A stretch of DNA of 64,000 nucleotides, taken from NCBI GenBank assembly GCA_964622775.1, contig CAZUSO010000004.1, positions 520 to 64,519 of the forward strand. The letters are read 5' to 3'. Source of the stretch: an uncultured Taibaiella sp. (GTDB lineage Bacteria; Bacteroidota; Bacteroidia; Chitinophagales; Chitinophagaceae). Below are positions 25,754-36,106 of this stretch, in pieces. A program made the position numbers and the translations under genes. Numbering within the stretch: the first letter of the stretch is position 1; the number at the start of each line of letters is the position of its first letter. The notes under the pieces are model-generated. The model was given only the letters and a program-made list of their open reading frames with translations. It made no database searches and had not been told where the DNA came from.

Positions 25754-27691
25754 ATGGCATTGCACCCGATCTTTTCTTTAAAACGCATGAAGCATCTTTT
25801 TATGCTATTGGTCGTGTTATTGATTTGCGGAAAGGGTTATGCATCGCACATGATAGGCGGTGATATCACCTATCGTTGCCTTGGCAACAGTGTTTATGAA
25901 ATCACGATAACCTTGTTTCAGGATTGCCTTAACGGAGATCAATTAGCCATCAGCCAGGACAATCCGGCATTTTATGCCATATACCGGAATGGCCCTTCCT
26001 CGCAATTTTTCAGTTCGGGAACTGTCTCGGCAAGCGCTACGGATATCATTCCAACCGGCTTTAGTAACGAATGCATCATCAATTATCCCAATACCTGCCT
26101 GCGGCGCCAGGTCTTTGTTTTTGAAACGCTGCTTCCTCCCAACGAGTACGGCTATACCGTAGTGTATCAGCGATGCTGCCGCAATGATGTTATTCAGAAT
26201 ATCGTTAATCCCGGCAATATTGGCGTAACCTATTCTGCTACGATTCCCGGCGACACCACCGGTAATCAATGTATCAACAACAGTGCAGTATTCAATAGTA
26301 TGCCGCCTCAGATCATTTGCAATGCCAACCCCTTCGAATATGATTTTTCCGCTACAGATCCGGACGGAGATTCTTTGTCCTATGAACTGTGTCAGGCCTA
26401 CCGCGGCGGGAGTGTAAACAATGCCAAGCCCAGTGATGCTGAAATTTCCAATCCCCCCTTTCCCCCGGTACCTTATTTACCGCCTTACAGCGCAGTAATG
26501 CCCATGTCAGGGTTTCCTCCCTTACAGATCGACCCGGTTACGGGACAGATCACGATTACACCGAATGCTATCGGGCGTTTTGTCATTTCCGTATGTGTGA
26601 ACGAATGGCGCAACGGCAATATCATCAATACTGTTTCACGCGATGTGCAGTTTGTGGTCACCAATTGCTCCAAAACCGTTGTAGCCAATATGCCTCAGTT
26701 TTCCGAACAACCTAATACCTATCTTGTGGAATGCGATGGATTTACCGTGCATTTTTTCAATACAAGCACCGGCGGATTCGACTATTACTGGGATTTTGGA
26801 GACGGCAATTCCTCTACCGAATTTGAGCCGGTGCACACTTACGCAGATACCGGAATTTATGAAGTAAAATTAGTAGTGAACCAGGGTACTACCTGCCCGG
26901 ATAGCATCGAAAGATTAGTAAAGATATTCCCCGAGTTTCAGGTTGATTTTGAATTCGACGGCGTGCATTGTCCGAAAGACACCATTCATTTTACCGATCT
27001 TTCCATTGCCACTTATCCGCCGTTGACAAGCTGGAAATGGGATTTCGGAGACGGCAGGACATCCGAAATGCAAAATCCCGGTCATGCATATTCCGTAGGG
27101 GGCACCTATCCTGTACAACTGGTGGCTACTACCATAAAAGGCTGCACCGACACAGCAGTGAAGGCTGTTGACATTGATGTTTTCGATCCCTTTGCCGGCA
27201 ATGATACGATCCTGGTGTTGAATTATCCGTATAACCTTTCTGCATCCGGCGGTGATTTTTTTCAATGGAGCCCGTCTGATTATTTAAACAATCCTTCCAT
27301 CCCGAATCCGGCAGTAAGCTTCCCGGATACCGGCCATTATACCTATGTGGTCCATGTCAGTTCCGAAGCCGGTTGTTTTGGCACTGATACGATTAATATC
27401 TGGGTTGTGAAAGACGGCGGCATCCTGATGCCCAATGCCTTTTCCCCCAATGGAGACGGCACGAACGATTTGGTACGGCCACTGTTAATTGGCTTTGCAA
27501 ATTTGAATTATTTCCGGATATTCAACCGATGGGGTGCAATGGTTTATGATACTGAAAGTATGGACGGCGGATGGGACGGTACTTATAATGGTCAGCCTGC
27601 GGACATCAGCACCTATTTCTGGATAGTGAGCGCTACCGATATTTATGGTAAAACCGTCATTCAGAAAGGCGATCTGATTTTACTTCGCTAA
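25754..27691 (+). CDS. T9SS type B sorting domain (gliding-motility-associated C-terminal domain) protein with two PKD repeats
   Basis: It has a signal peptide MKHLFMLLVVLLICGKGYA and PKD motifs WDFGDGNSS and WDFGDGRTS. The CHU_C-type C-terminal domain reads PNAFSPNGDGTNDLVRP...FRIFNRWGAMVY...GWDGTYNGQPA...YFWIV. Confidence 0.88.
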   Translation: MALHPIFSLKRMKHLFMLLVVLLICGKGYASHMIGGDITYRCLGNSVYEITITLFQDCLNGDQLAISQDNPAFYAIYRNGPSSQFFSSGTVSASATDIIPTGFSNECIINYPNTCLRRQVFVFETLLPPNEYGYTVVYQRCCRNDVIQNIVNPGNIGVTYSATIPGDTTGNQCINNSAVFNSMPPQIICNANPFEYDFSATDPDGDSLSYELCQAYRGGSVNNAKPSDAEISNPPFPPVPYLPPYSAVMPMSGFPPLQIDPVTGQITITPNAIGRFVISVCVNEWRNGNIINTVSRDVQFVVTNCSKTVVANMPQFSEQPNTYLVECDGFTVHFFNTSTGGFDYYWDFGDGNSSTEFEPVHTYADTGIYEVKLVVNQGTTCPDSIERLVKIFPEFQVDFEFDGVHCPKDTIHFTDLSIATYPPLTSWKWDFGDGRTSEMQNPGHAYSVGGTYPVQLVATTIKGCTDTAVKAVDIDVFDPFAGNDTILVLNYPYNLSASGGDFFQWSPSDYLNNPSIPNPAVSFPDTGHYTYVVHVSSEAGCFGTDTINIWVVKDGGILMPNAFSPNGDGTNDLVRPLLIGFANLNYFRIFNRWGAMVYDTESMDGGWDGTYNGQPADISTYFWIVSATDIYGKTVIQKGDLILLR

Positions 27692-27705
27692 AAATTGTCA
27701 TTCTT

Positions 27706-28470
27706 ATGAATATTATTATCACCGGCGCCTCTTCGGGCTTTGGGAAAGCCATTGCTGAAAAGTTTGCCGCAATGGGACATTCGTTATGGTTAACCGCCAG
27801 GAGAAGAAACCGGCTTCAGGAAATACAATCCGAACTGAGTAGGAAGTATGGCGTTACGGTACATATTGATGTGCTGGATGTCCGGGATAAAAAGGCAGTT
27901 GCCGGCTGGGCGGAGGTATTGCAATCTTCCTGCGAACGAATAGATGTATTGGTGAATAATGCCGGCTTGGCATTGGGCTTAGGCAGTATTGACCAGGGAG
28001 ATATTGATGATTGGGATCAGATGATCGATACCAATATCAAGGGATTGCTTTACGTATCAAGAGTGCTGATGCCTTATTTTCAGAAACAAAAGAGCGGCCA
28101 TATCATTAATATCGGTTCTACGGCGGGTAAAAGTGTATATCCCAACGGTAATGTGTATTGTGCAACGAAGTATGCCGTAGATGCCTTGTCCCAGGCGATG
28201 CGCATTGACCTGCTGCCTTACAACATCAAAGTTACTGCCGTCAATCCCGGCATGGCCGAAACGGAATTTTCCCTCGTGCGGTTTAAAGGAAATGTAGAAC
28301 GGGCTGCCGCCGCATATCAAGGCATAGAGGCGCTTAGGGCAGAGGACATTGCAGACACCGTTTATTACTGCGCCACACTGCCCCCGCATGTTTGCATTAA
28401 TGATCTTACGATTACCTGCACCCGGCAGGCCAATGGAAATTACAAACTGATCCATACAGATCCGGGCTAA
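27706..28470 (+). CDS. SDR family NAD(P)-dependent oxidoreductase
   Basis: It has TGASSGFG, NNAG and a YCATK catalytic motif in 254 aa. Confidence 0.9.
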   Translation: MNIIITGASSGFGKAIAEKFAAMGHSLWLTARRRNRLQEIQSELSRKYGVTVHIDVLDVRDKKAVAGWAEVLQSSCERIDVLVNNAGLALGLGSIDQGDIDDWDQMIDTNIKGLLYVSRVLMPYFQKQKSGHIINIGSTAGKSVYPNGNVYCATKYAVDALSQAMRIDLLPYNIKVTAVNPGMAETEFSLVRFKGNVERAAAAYQGIEALRAEDIADTVYYCATLPPHVCINDLTITCTRQANGNYKLIHTDPG

Positions 28471-28907
28471 ACCCGGGCACTTCTGATTATTACTTTTTTG
28501 TGACGATGTAGTCGGAGGGTGGTTAAAATCAGCTGAAATATAATAGTGTAAAGGGTTTCACGGTGATGCACTGAACTTGTTTTCAATACATCGCCTTTTT
28601 TGCCTGAAAAATGGCTAAAAATTGTCCGGTTTGTAACAGCAAAAATGTTATCGAAAAGGAACGAAAGGATTCATGATAATGGCATTGCATGTATATCGAA
28701 GCCTTCTGTTGCAAAACAGGAACTTCTTTTATTCTGCGGAATGTTGCTTGATTAGTTTTTTACCGGGGGATTTTTAATTTGCGTTTACTGATGTATTCTT
28801 TAAACTCCGCAAATGATATTCCCTGGGTTTCTTTTGCGATTTTTTCTTTTACCGTGCTGAAGAACTTAATTGTGTCAAACTCTTTTTCCTTGCTTTTGTT
28901 ATGCCCT

Positions 28908-29370
28908 TTATTTCGCACTTTCTATAGTATCTTTTGGTGAACGAATGTCTAATTGCCTATAACCGTTTTTGATGTTAACCGAGCTGTAACCTCTTATCCG
29001 GAATACGTTTACAATGTGCCCGCAGTCCCAGCCTGCCAAATAATTCACTGTGTTTATCGTAGCACAAGCAATGTGCCGGCAATCGTCAATGCTGGTTTCT
29101 CCAACTATTTTCATGAACATATTCCTTCGCAAGCACGTTTATTTCTTCAGTAATTTCTATAAACTCAACAGTATTTTTATCCGGATTGGTGAAATGTTCT
29201 TTGATTCTTTCTGGTGCATTTTCCAATTCAAACCCTGTCAAATCGGAATATACACAAATTATTTCACCTGCTTTAACCATATATAGCCTTTCAGTTTCCC
29301 GTTGAAATTCAATGTTGTAAATTCCTCCAAACACCGAAGCGTCAAAATATAATCCCCATGGAAAACACTT
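28908..29370 (-). pseudogene. PIN-domain (VapC-like) gene that is frameshifted and lacks a start codon
   Basis: Two overlapping ORFs (29086..29334 and 28908..29132) join as ...YFDASVFGGIYNIEF...EEINVLAKEYVHEN|IVGETSIDDCRHIACATINTVNYLAGWDCGHIVN...GYRQLDIRSPKDTI. This matches the DTSV...DALHIAIAT...LLTWNCKHIAN PIN-like family pattern. There is a frameshift near 29110, and the N-terminal ATG sits in another frame. Confidence 0.65.
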
Positions 29371-29385
29371 TTAAATATGCCTTTT

Positions 29386-29417
29386 CTATTTGACAACTTC
29401 TTAAATATTGTCAATAG
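29386..29417. promoter_or_regulatory. palindromic operator-like site upstream of the PIN-like pseudogene
   Basis: ctatttgacaa (29386-29396) faces ttgtcaatag (29408-29417). Confidence 0.35.
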
Positions 29418-29659
29418 CTACAGAATACATTCCAATAATACTGTCGGCTTTTTCAAGCGCATTGAATGCCCTGTCCCAATGCTAAAAACAAGCTGTCGGA
29501 GAAAACAAACGGGGAATATTTTTCATCAGGATTGATTTTTCCTGCCGGCACCATATGCTTTTTTCAGAATTATTTCCCGTTCATTTGGGTAATAACGATG
29601 AATGTTATTACTTAGCTGTGTTTAAAATTATTTTCTACTCAAAAAACTTATTAAAAGCT

Positions 29660-30070
29660 ATGCTAAAGATCGGCGATGAATTCCGGCACCGTTTCAGCTA
29701 TTCCCAAAGCGATGTGGATGCCTATGCCCGCGTAAGCGGCGACACCAACCCTTTACACATTGATCCGCAGGCCGGAAAGGACAGTATGTTCGGCCGCAAT
29801 ATCATCCACGGATTCCTGGGTGCCAGCGTATTCACCAAAATATTCGGTGCCTTGTGGCATGTGGACGGCCACGTGTATCTCAGCCAGAATATTAAGTGGC
29901 TGAAACCCATGTTTACCGACAAAGAATATGAAGCCGTAGTAACGGTAAAGGAAATCTTCCCGGAGAAAAACCGCGTACTTTACACCTGTGCCGTATTCGA
30001 TCCCGAAACCGGCGATCAAACCATTGCAGGTGAGGCGCTGCTGATGAATAAAAAACAATACGTCTGGTAA
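29660..30070 (+). CDS. MaoC-family dehydratase (hotdog fold)
   Basis: The product reads MLKIGDEFRHRFSYSQSDVDAYARVSGDTNPLHIDPQ...IIHGFL. The start is moved to the ATG at 29660. Confidence 0.85.
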   Translation: MLKIGDEFRHRFSYSQSDVDAYARVSGDTNPLHIDPQAGKDSMFGRNIIHGFLGASVFTKIFGALWHVDGHVYLSQNIKWLKPMFTDKEYEAVVTVKEIFPEKNRVLYTCAVFDPETGDQTIAGEALLMNKKQYVW

Positions 30071-30101
30071 TCTGATACCGGATAGTAAAATCCTGTATAA
30101 G

Positions 30102-30130
30102 GCAGCCTGCAGATACAGGCTGCTTTTTTT
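30102..30130 (+). terminator. intrinsic terminator after the MaoC-family gene
   Basis: The stem gcagcctg/caggctgc is followed by ttttttt. Confidence 0.85.
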
Positions 30131-30189
30131 CTTCAATACGGAACCTGCCGGTTTTTCATCCGATGGCATTGAATATGCATAAAGGTGTT

Positions 30190-31377
30190 TTAGTCCGGGT
30201 TTTGGTCAAAGCCATCCAGTCTTTGCACCTTCGACATCGTGAAATCTATCAGACAAAGTCCCGGCTTTTTTCCCGGAGTGATGGAGCCGATTAATCGCTC
30301 CATGCCTAAAGCGCGGGCACCGTTTATGGTGGCGCATTGCAATAGAATTTCCCAGCTTAATTCCGGAAAATATTTCTGCAGCGTTTTCAGTTCGGAAAAA
30401 ACACAAAGCTGATGATTGCTGCCCAGGCTGTCGGTGCCGATGCAAACCGGAATGCCGCTGCGGAACAAGTCGTACACAGGTGGAAGTCTTCGTTCGATAT
30501 ATCGGTTCGCATTCGGGCACAGGCAAAGATAGATTTCCCGCCGGGTGCTTGTCAGCCATGCAATATCTCCCTGCTCCATAAAAGTATTATGTACCAAAAT
30601 CGCAGGATGCGCTTCGGAGCAATAAGGCAAATAAGTTTGCAGGGACGTTTTACCGGATGGAGTAAAATTGCCGTCGTCAATGCTCAGGAAGGCAAACAGT
30701 TCTTTCATCGCCCCGGTTTTTGTCCGGTAGTATTCATTTTCCGCCGCGGATTCTTCATTATGAACAGATAAAACCGACGAAGGTTCATGCCGGCTGATCA
30801 AAGAAAACAGTGCCGGTGAAACCGAATACGGGGCATGCGGAACGATGGATTGTTTCAGTATGATACGGGAAGCTGTTTGTTCCGCGTATTGTTCAAAGAT
30901 GCGCTCCGACCGTTCAAAAGCCGGCGCTGCATATTGTTCCTGAAATCCGATGCATTCCACAAACGTATGAACATGCAATTGCCCTTCCGCCCTGACCGGA
31001 AGCGTATCCGTTGTATTGGCAATATCGCCAATGGCAACAATTCCGTTCCGCAAGGATGCATCCACTGCTTCCTGAAGCGCTTTTGCTTTTTCCGCCGGTG
31101 TAAATCCGTCACGAAGCTGAACAACATTTTTCAGAAATTCCACCAGGCCACCACCCTCCGGAATTTTATCTTTCAGGTGAGACAATTCTAAGTGGCAATG
31201 GGCATTTATAAAACCGGGGCAAATAGTGCCTTTCAGTTGCCGGACAAAGTGCCCGGCCACCCTGCCCGCGGGATGTAAGGCAATGATTTCGCATTCCGGA
31301 TTCAGTTCGATTACTGTGCCCTCCGGCAAAAAACGATGACCATCATGAATGCGGTCGGCAGTTAAATACTGATGCAT
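30190..31377 (-). CDS. amidohydrolase family protein (nucleoside/aminofutalosine deaminase-like)
   Basis: It has the metal-binding motif GFINAHCHLELSHL, plus HNTF and GTDS motifs. The start is set to MHQYLTADRIHDG (ATG at 31377) rather than the ORF-track start at 31557. Confidence 0.8.
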   Translation of the reverse strand: MHQYLTADRIHDGHRFLPEGTVIELNPECEIIALHPAGRVAGHFVRQLKGTICPGFINAHCHLELSHLKDKIPEGGGLVEFLKNVVQLRDGFTPAEKAKALQEAVDASLRNGIVAIGDIANTTDTLPVRAEGQLHVHTFVECIGFQEQYAAPAFERSERIFEQYAEQTASRIILKQSIVPHAPYSVSPALFSLISRHEPSSVLSVHNEESAAENEYYRTKTGAMKELFAFLSIDDGNFTPSGKTSLQTYLPYCSEAHPAILVHNTFMEQGDIAWLTSTRREIYLCLCPNANRYIERRLPPVYDLFRSGIPVCIGTDSLGSNHQLCVFSELKTLQKYFPELSWEILLQCATINGARALGMERLIGSITPGKKPGLCLIDFTMSKVQRLDGFDQNPD

Positions 31378-31665
31378 AAACAAGCAATACGACCACGCTT
31401 TTTCCGGGCGGCCTTTATTTTTCAAAGCTATTAAAGAAATCAGAGAGTCAGCACTGCTGTGGTGCATAAATATTGGGGCATTGTTAATTTGAAATAGTTT
31501 TAGCTTTGGTTGCAATAAATAGGGTAAATATTCTTCGCTACTTTTCAGATTTGACAATTTTCAAAAAGTTGCCAAATCTGTCTAATATCTATCATAAATT
31601 AACGATGCCGAAAAATCTTTGAAGGGAATGACTAAAAATTGTGATATCATTGCAATGCGACAATT

Positions 31666-32352
31666 TTGGATGCGTACCCTTCAACCGATGAGCGACATTT
31701 TTCTTTAAAGGAGTTATACCGTTTGAACACACTTCAGTACTACATTACGGAACAATGGCAGCATACAACTGTACTGGAAGTGATAGCCGTCATCTTTGCC
31801 GTGTTCCAGGTTTTATTAGCATATCACAACAAGGTGCTCACCTATCCTGCCGGCATCGTCAGCACCGCCATATACACCTGGATATTCGGCTTAAAAGCTG
31901 GCTTATATGCCGATGCCTCCCTGAATCTCTACTATTTTCTGATGAGCATATACGGATGGATCGTCTGGAGCAGGAAGAAAGGTAAACCTACAGTTCCTAT
32001 TACAGCATGTTCCACAAAGGAGTGGATTATGGCATTATCCATCGTTGCGGTAGCTTTTGCATTGTTATTTTTAACGTTGAAGCACCTTACCAATTCCATC
32101 GTTCCAACCTGGGATGCCATCGTTTCGGCCTTTGCCTGGAGTGGAATGTGGCTGATGGCCCGCAAGAAGATCGAGAACTGGATTATGCTGAATGTATCCA
32201 ATGCCATTGCCATCCCATTGATGTTTTACAAACATTTACCTTTAACCGCCCTGCTCACTTTGTTTTTATTTATTGTAGCTGCATTGGCCTGGTTCCGCTG
32301 GAGAAAATTAATGCGCCAACCGGCCGCGGCACCACCAAAGGCATGGAATTAA
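31666..32352 (+). CDS. pnuC: nicotinamide riboside transporter PnuC family
   Basis: The 228 aa product has about 7 TM segments and PnuC-like blocks (EVIAVIFAVFQVLLAYHN, WSGMWLMARKKIENW). The start codon is uncertain because the frame opens on TTG. Confidence 0.75.
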   Translation: MDAYPSTDERHFSLKELYRLNTLQYYITEQWQHTTVLEVIAVIFAVFQVLLAYHNKVLTYPAGIVSTAIYTWIFGLKAGLYADASLNLYYFLMSIYGWIVWSRKKGKPTVPITACSTKEWIMALSIVAVAFALLFLTLKHLTNSIVPTWDAIVSAFAWSGMWLMARKKIENWIMLNVSNAIAIPLMFYKHLPLTALLTLFLFIVAALAWFRWRKLMRQPAAAPPKAWN

Positions 32353-33110
32353 CCGAATATTTTCCGGGCATTTTCCGTAGTGATTGTCTCCACAATTTCC
32401 ACCGGACAATTTTTTATCTCTGCTATTTTACGTGCAATCAGGGGAATGTAAGCGCTTTCATTTCGCTTTCCGCGATAAGGAACCGGCGCAAGATAAGGCG
32501 CGTCTGTTTCCAGAACAATATGCTGAAGATCAATATGTGTCAGCGTTTGCGGTAAAATTGAATTTTTAAAAGTAGCCACTCCGCCAATTCCGATATAGCA
32601 GCCTAAGTCAATAATTTCCTCAGCCTCTTCCACCGTTCCGCCAAAGCAATGGAAAATACCTTTCAGGCTGCCCTGCTGCTTTTCCCGTACAATAGCCATC
32701 CCGTCCGCCAGGGATTCACGGGTATGGATGATAATGGGCAAACCGAATTGTATAGCCCAGTCTGTCTGTATGCGAAAGGCTTCCTGCTGTGCACTGACGA
32801 AAGCAGTATCCCAATAATAATCCAGGCCGATTTCACCCACGCCAAAATACCGGCCTGTTTCCAGCTCGCGGCGCACCAGATCCAGCTCCGCCTTATAATC
32901 TTCTTTTACGGAACAGGGATGCAGGCCCATCATCGGGAAGCAATTCCGGGGAAAAGCCGCAACCAGATCCAGCATTGCAGGCAGCGTGCTGCTGTCGCAA
33001 TTGGGCAGGTACATTCGCTCCACACCAGCGGAAAGCGCACGGACAATCATTTCATCACGATCCTCGCCGAATTGTACATCGTATAAATGTGTATGCGTAT
33101 CAATAAACAT
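32349..33110 (-). CDS. TatD family metal-dependent hydrolase
   Basis: The product reads MFIDTHTHLY...GEIGLDYYW...IIHTRES...ETDAPYL. Confidence 0.92.
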   Translation of the reverse strand: MFIDTHTHLYDVQFGEDRDEMIVRALSAGVERMYLPNCDSSTLPAMLDLVAAFPRNCFPMMGLHPCSVKEDYKAELDLVRRELETGRYFGVGEIGLDYYWDTAFVSAQQEAFRIQTDWAIQFGLPIIIHTRESLADGMAIVREKQQGSLKGIFHCFGGTVEEAEEIIDLGCYIGIGGVATFKNSILPQTLTHIDLQHIVLETDAPYLAPVPYRGKRNESAYIPLIARKIAEIKNCPVEIVETITTENARKIFG

Positions 33111-33136
33111 ATTCTACTATTAAAATAATGTTTGGG

Positions 33137-33793
33137 CTATATCACAACGGATTCGGGTTTTACGCCGAGGCTGACCAGGTCACGGTTAATATCTTCAACA
33201 AAACTTTCCGGCCCGCAAACATAAAAATGGCTGTCGAAATCACGAATGGTCTCAATCAAAAATTTACGATCAATCTTCCGTTCCCGGAAACCGATAACAC
33301 CCTGCTTGGTGAAAACATTCATATAAGCGGCGCCGAGCATCTTAAATAATTCTTCATGCAGGATGATATCTTCCTCGCTCTGGTTGGAATAAATGAGCCC
33401 GATATTCCGCAGGTTGCCGCTGTAAAACAAGGCACGGAATATAGCAATAAACGGCGTGATGCCGGTACCGCCGGCCAGAAAAATGCCCGGCCCCTTATAC
33501 ACAATGGTGCCGAAAACATCGTGCAGTAAAAACGCTGCTCCCGCGTTCAGCTTACCCAACCGATGTGTCACACCATCATGGTCATCATAAATCTTAATGA
33601 TAAATTCCAGATATGGCCAGTCGTTCAGCGAAGTAAACGTAAAAGGCCGTAATTGATCTTCCCATCCGGGTAAGTCGATCGAAATATGCGCCGACTGCCC
33701 CGGACGATAAATAAAGTCTTTTGGCTTTTCCAGTACAAAACGTTTTACATTGTGCGTTACATAATCGGTATCCAGTATTTTCAGGGTATGCAT
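33137..33793 (-). CDS. FNR-like FAD/NAD(P)-binding oxidoreductase (flavodoxin/ferredoxin reductase family)
   Basis: It has RPFTFTS (an RxYS-like FAD motif), GGTGITP and a YVCGP tail. Confidence 0.75.
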   Translation of the reverse strand: MHTLKILDTDYVTHNVKRFVLEKPKDFIYRPGQSAHISIDLPGWEDQLRPFTFTSLNDWPYLEFIIKIYDDHDGVTHRLGKLNAGAAFLLHDVFGTIVYKGPGIFLAGGTGITPFIAIFRALFYSGNLRNIGLIYSNQSEEDIILHEELFKMLGAAYMNVFTKQGVIGFRERKIDRKFLIETIRDFDSHFYVCGPESFVEDINRDLVSLGVKPESVVI

Positions 33794-33910
33794 GTTATGC
33801 TGATTTTATAAGGGTTTAAAGGTAGGAGGTATTAACCGAAAAATAAAAAGAAGGATAATGAACGGAATATTTGATTTCATTTTTATCATTAAATGCTTTT
33901 TTTTGCGGAG

Positions 33911-34732
33911 ATGAATATTCAGCCAGGATATATCCGTTACAAAGACAATACCGTTTACTGCATCAAAACCGGGCAGGGGCCAAGGCTGATGCTGGCATTT
34001 CACGGATTTGGCCAGGAAAGCAGCTTTTTTCTGTCGCTTGCTAACGCATTGGCTGATGAATATACGACCATTGCCATTGATCTGCCCGGTCATGGAAAAA
34101 CAACATGGACGGATACGTATTTTGACACGGAAGCGCTGATGGCATTAGTGCAGGGTTTTAAAAATGATTTGCATATGGAGCGTATTTCTCTGCTGGGCTA
34201 CAGCTTAGGCAGCAGACTTTGTCAGTGCATCATCGAAAAACAGGCGAACTGGGTGGACACCACTTTTTTGCTGGCGCCGGACAGCCTTAAAAACAACAGG
34301 CTTTATAAACTGGCTACCCGTAATTTTTTGGGAAAGAAAATCTTTAGAGCGATCTGCCAAAATCCCGTTGCATTGATGAGCATTGCTGGATTATTGCAAA
34401 AAACGGGCTTGCTCCGCAAGGCGCAATTTGATTTTTTACAGAAAAATTTATCCGATGCCACACGTCGCCGCCAGGTCTTTGAAGTGTGGAATGTATTAAG
34501 CCCGCTAATCCCGCATAAGGCAATCGCGCATTATCAAATCAACAAGCATAAGATCGGATTGCACCTGCTGATGGGGCAACAGGACAGTATATTTCCCGTT
34601 GCTCACGGGAAGGCATTCCTTCTCGGGCTGAAAAATGCGACCTTGCATACCCTCCCCTGCGGGCATAATTTTGCGAGTGAAAAAATCATGTCGCAGGTAG
34701 CCGGGATCATTCAATCAACACAACCATTATGA
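33911..34732 (+). CDS. alpha/beta hydrolase
   Basis: It has HGFGQ and the nucleophile elbow GYSLGS in about 273 aa. Confidence 0.8.
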   Translation: MNIQPGYIRYKDNTVYCIKTGQGPRLMLAFHGFGQESSFFLSLANALADEYTTIAIDLPGHGKTTWTDTYFDTEALMALVQGFKNDLHMERISLLGYSLGSRLCQCIIEKQANWVDTTFLLAPDSLKNNRLYKLATRNFLGKKIFRAICQNPVALMSIAGLLQKTGLLRKAQFDFLQKNLSDATRRRQVFEVWNVLSPLIPHKAIAHYQINKHKIGLHLLMGQQDSIFPVAHGKAFLLGLKNATLHTLPCGHNFASEKIMSQVAGIIQSTQPL

Positions 34733-35889
34733 CGTTGCTGACCCTCATTATAATCCTGCCGGCCATTGCTTACGCCCTGTTGATGATACTGTATATCAGG
34801 GGCTGGCATCTTCAAAAGAAACATACTGCTGCAAAGAATTTCCGGGGTTCCACAATGGTCAGTATCATCATTCCCGCAAGAAACGAAGCCGGGAATATAG
34901 CATCGCTGCTACAGTCCATTTTAGCTAATACTTATCCACAGTCATTGCTGGAAATTATAGTAGTGGATGATTTTTCTACAGACGATACTGCGGCTATAGC
35001 CACGGCAATTTTGAGCAAGGTTAATGGAAGAATAATTGCATTAAAAGATCACTTGTCAGAAGCAGAACAGATTAATTCCTATAAAAAAAAGGCGCTGGAG
35101 ATGGCCATTGCAGCGTCAAAAGGCCGGCTGATCGTCACCACGGATGCGGACTGCATCGTTCCTCCAGACTGGCTCAACAGCATTGTGTCGGTTTATGAAG
35201 AACAGTCGGCAAAGTTCATTGCAGCGCCAGTGATTTTTACTCAAAATAAGTACAATCCAATTGCCTCCATTTTGTTCGCTTTCCAGTCATTGGATTTCAT
35301 GACAATGCAGGGCATTACGGCGGCATCAGCGCGTTTGCAGCTGGGCAGTATGTGCAATGGCGCTAATCTTGCATTTGACAAAGGCGCCTTCGAAGCGGTG
35401 AACGGGTATCGGGACATTGATCATATTGCATCTGGCGATGACATGCTGCTGATGTATAAAATTCAGCAAAAATATCCGGAAGGCGTTCACTACCTGAAAT
35501 CGGAAGCAGCCATTGTAAGCACGGCCGCCCAGGAAAGCTGGAACCGGTTTTTCCATCAGCGGATCCGTTGGTCTTCCAAGGCAGACCAATACCAGGAAAA
35601 GAAAATGACCGGTATCTTGCTGGCGGTTTACTGCTTTAATTTATCCTTCCCGGTATTGGGTATAGCCGGATTTTTTGATACATTTTTTTGGAAATTAGCC
35701 GCAATAATTTATATAACCAAAATCATCCTGGAAATGATTTTTTTAATTCCGATTGCTGTTTTTTACCGGAAACAACGCGAATTGTTTTGGTTTCCGCTGT
35801 TGCAGCCACTCCATATTGCTTATATTATCCTGGCCGGATTTTTAGGGAAATTCGGGAGCTATCAGTGGAAGGGTCGAAGGGTGAAATGA
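34729..35889 (+). CDS. family 2 glycosyltransferase with membrane-spanning N- and C-termini
   Basis: It has SIIIPARNE, DDFSTDDT, TDADC and QRIRW motifs. It overlaps the upstream gene by 4 nt. Confidence 0.85.
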   Translation: MTLLTLIIILPAIAYALLMILYIRGWHLQKKHTAAKNFRGSTMVSIIIPARNEAGNIASLLQSILANTYPQSLLEIIVVDDFSTDDTAAIATAILSKVNGRIIALKDHLSEAEQINSYKKKALEMAIAASKGRLIVTTDADCIVPPDWLNSIVSVYEEQSAKFIAAPVIFTQNKYNPIASILFAFQSLDFMTMQGITAASARLQLGSMCNGANLAFDKGAFEAVNGYRDIDHIASGDDMLLMYKIQQKYPEGVHYLKSEAAIVSTAAQESWNRFFHQRIRWSSKADQYQEKKMTGILLAVYCFNLSFPVLGIAGFFDTFFWKLAAIIYITKIILEMIFLIPIAVFYRKQRELFWFPLLQPLHIAYIILAGFLGKFGSYQWKGRRVK

Positions 35890-36051
35890 ATTGAATAATG
35901 AGTAATAAATCCCGCTCGTGCAGGAATGAACAACCTTCAATAAATACTCGTCAGTAATGGATTCGTCCACAAAAAGATAAATCATTCTGCCCTTAGTGTC
36001 ATAACCTGATAGCTGTGTGATTTTTTGAAATTTTATATTAAGTTACAGGTC

Positions 36052-36089
36052 AAAAAACCGCCGGATAAAGATTATCGGGCGGCTTTTTA
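36052..36089. terminator. bidirectional intrinsic terminator between the GT2 gene and queA
   Basis: The ccgcc...ggcgg stem has one internal mismatch and is flanked by an A-run and a T-run. Confidence 0.6.
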
Positions 36090-36106
36090 AATGAGCTTTA
36101 TAAAAA

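Noticed and set aside
31558-31665. An NAD+ or thiamine-type riboswitch upstream of pnuC.
   Set aside because: No conserved riboswitch core (for example the TPP CUGAGA box) is visible in the 108-nt spacer.
32349-32352. Convergent pnuC and tatD share overlapping stop codons (TTAA). murF/alr and the SurA-like gene also converge, with a 1-nt gap at 9848.
   Set aside because: This is a curiosity of tight gene packing only, and no functional implication can be supported.
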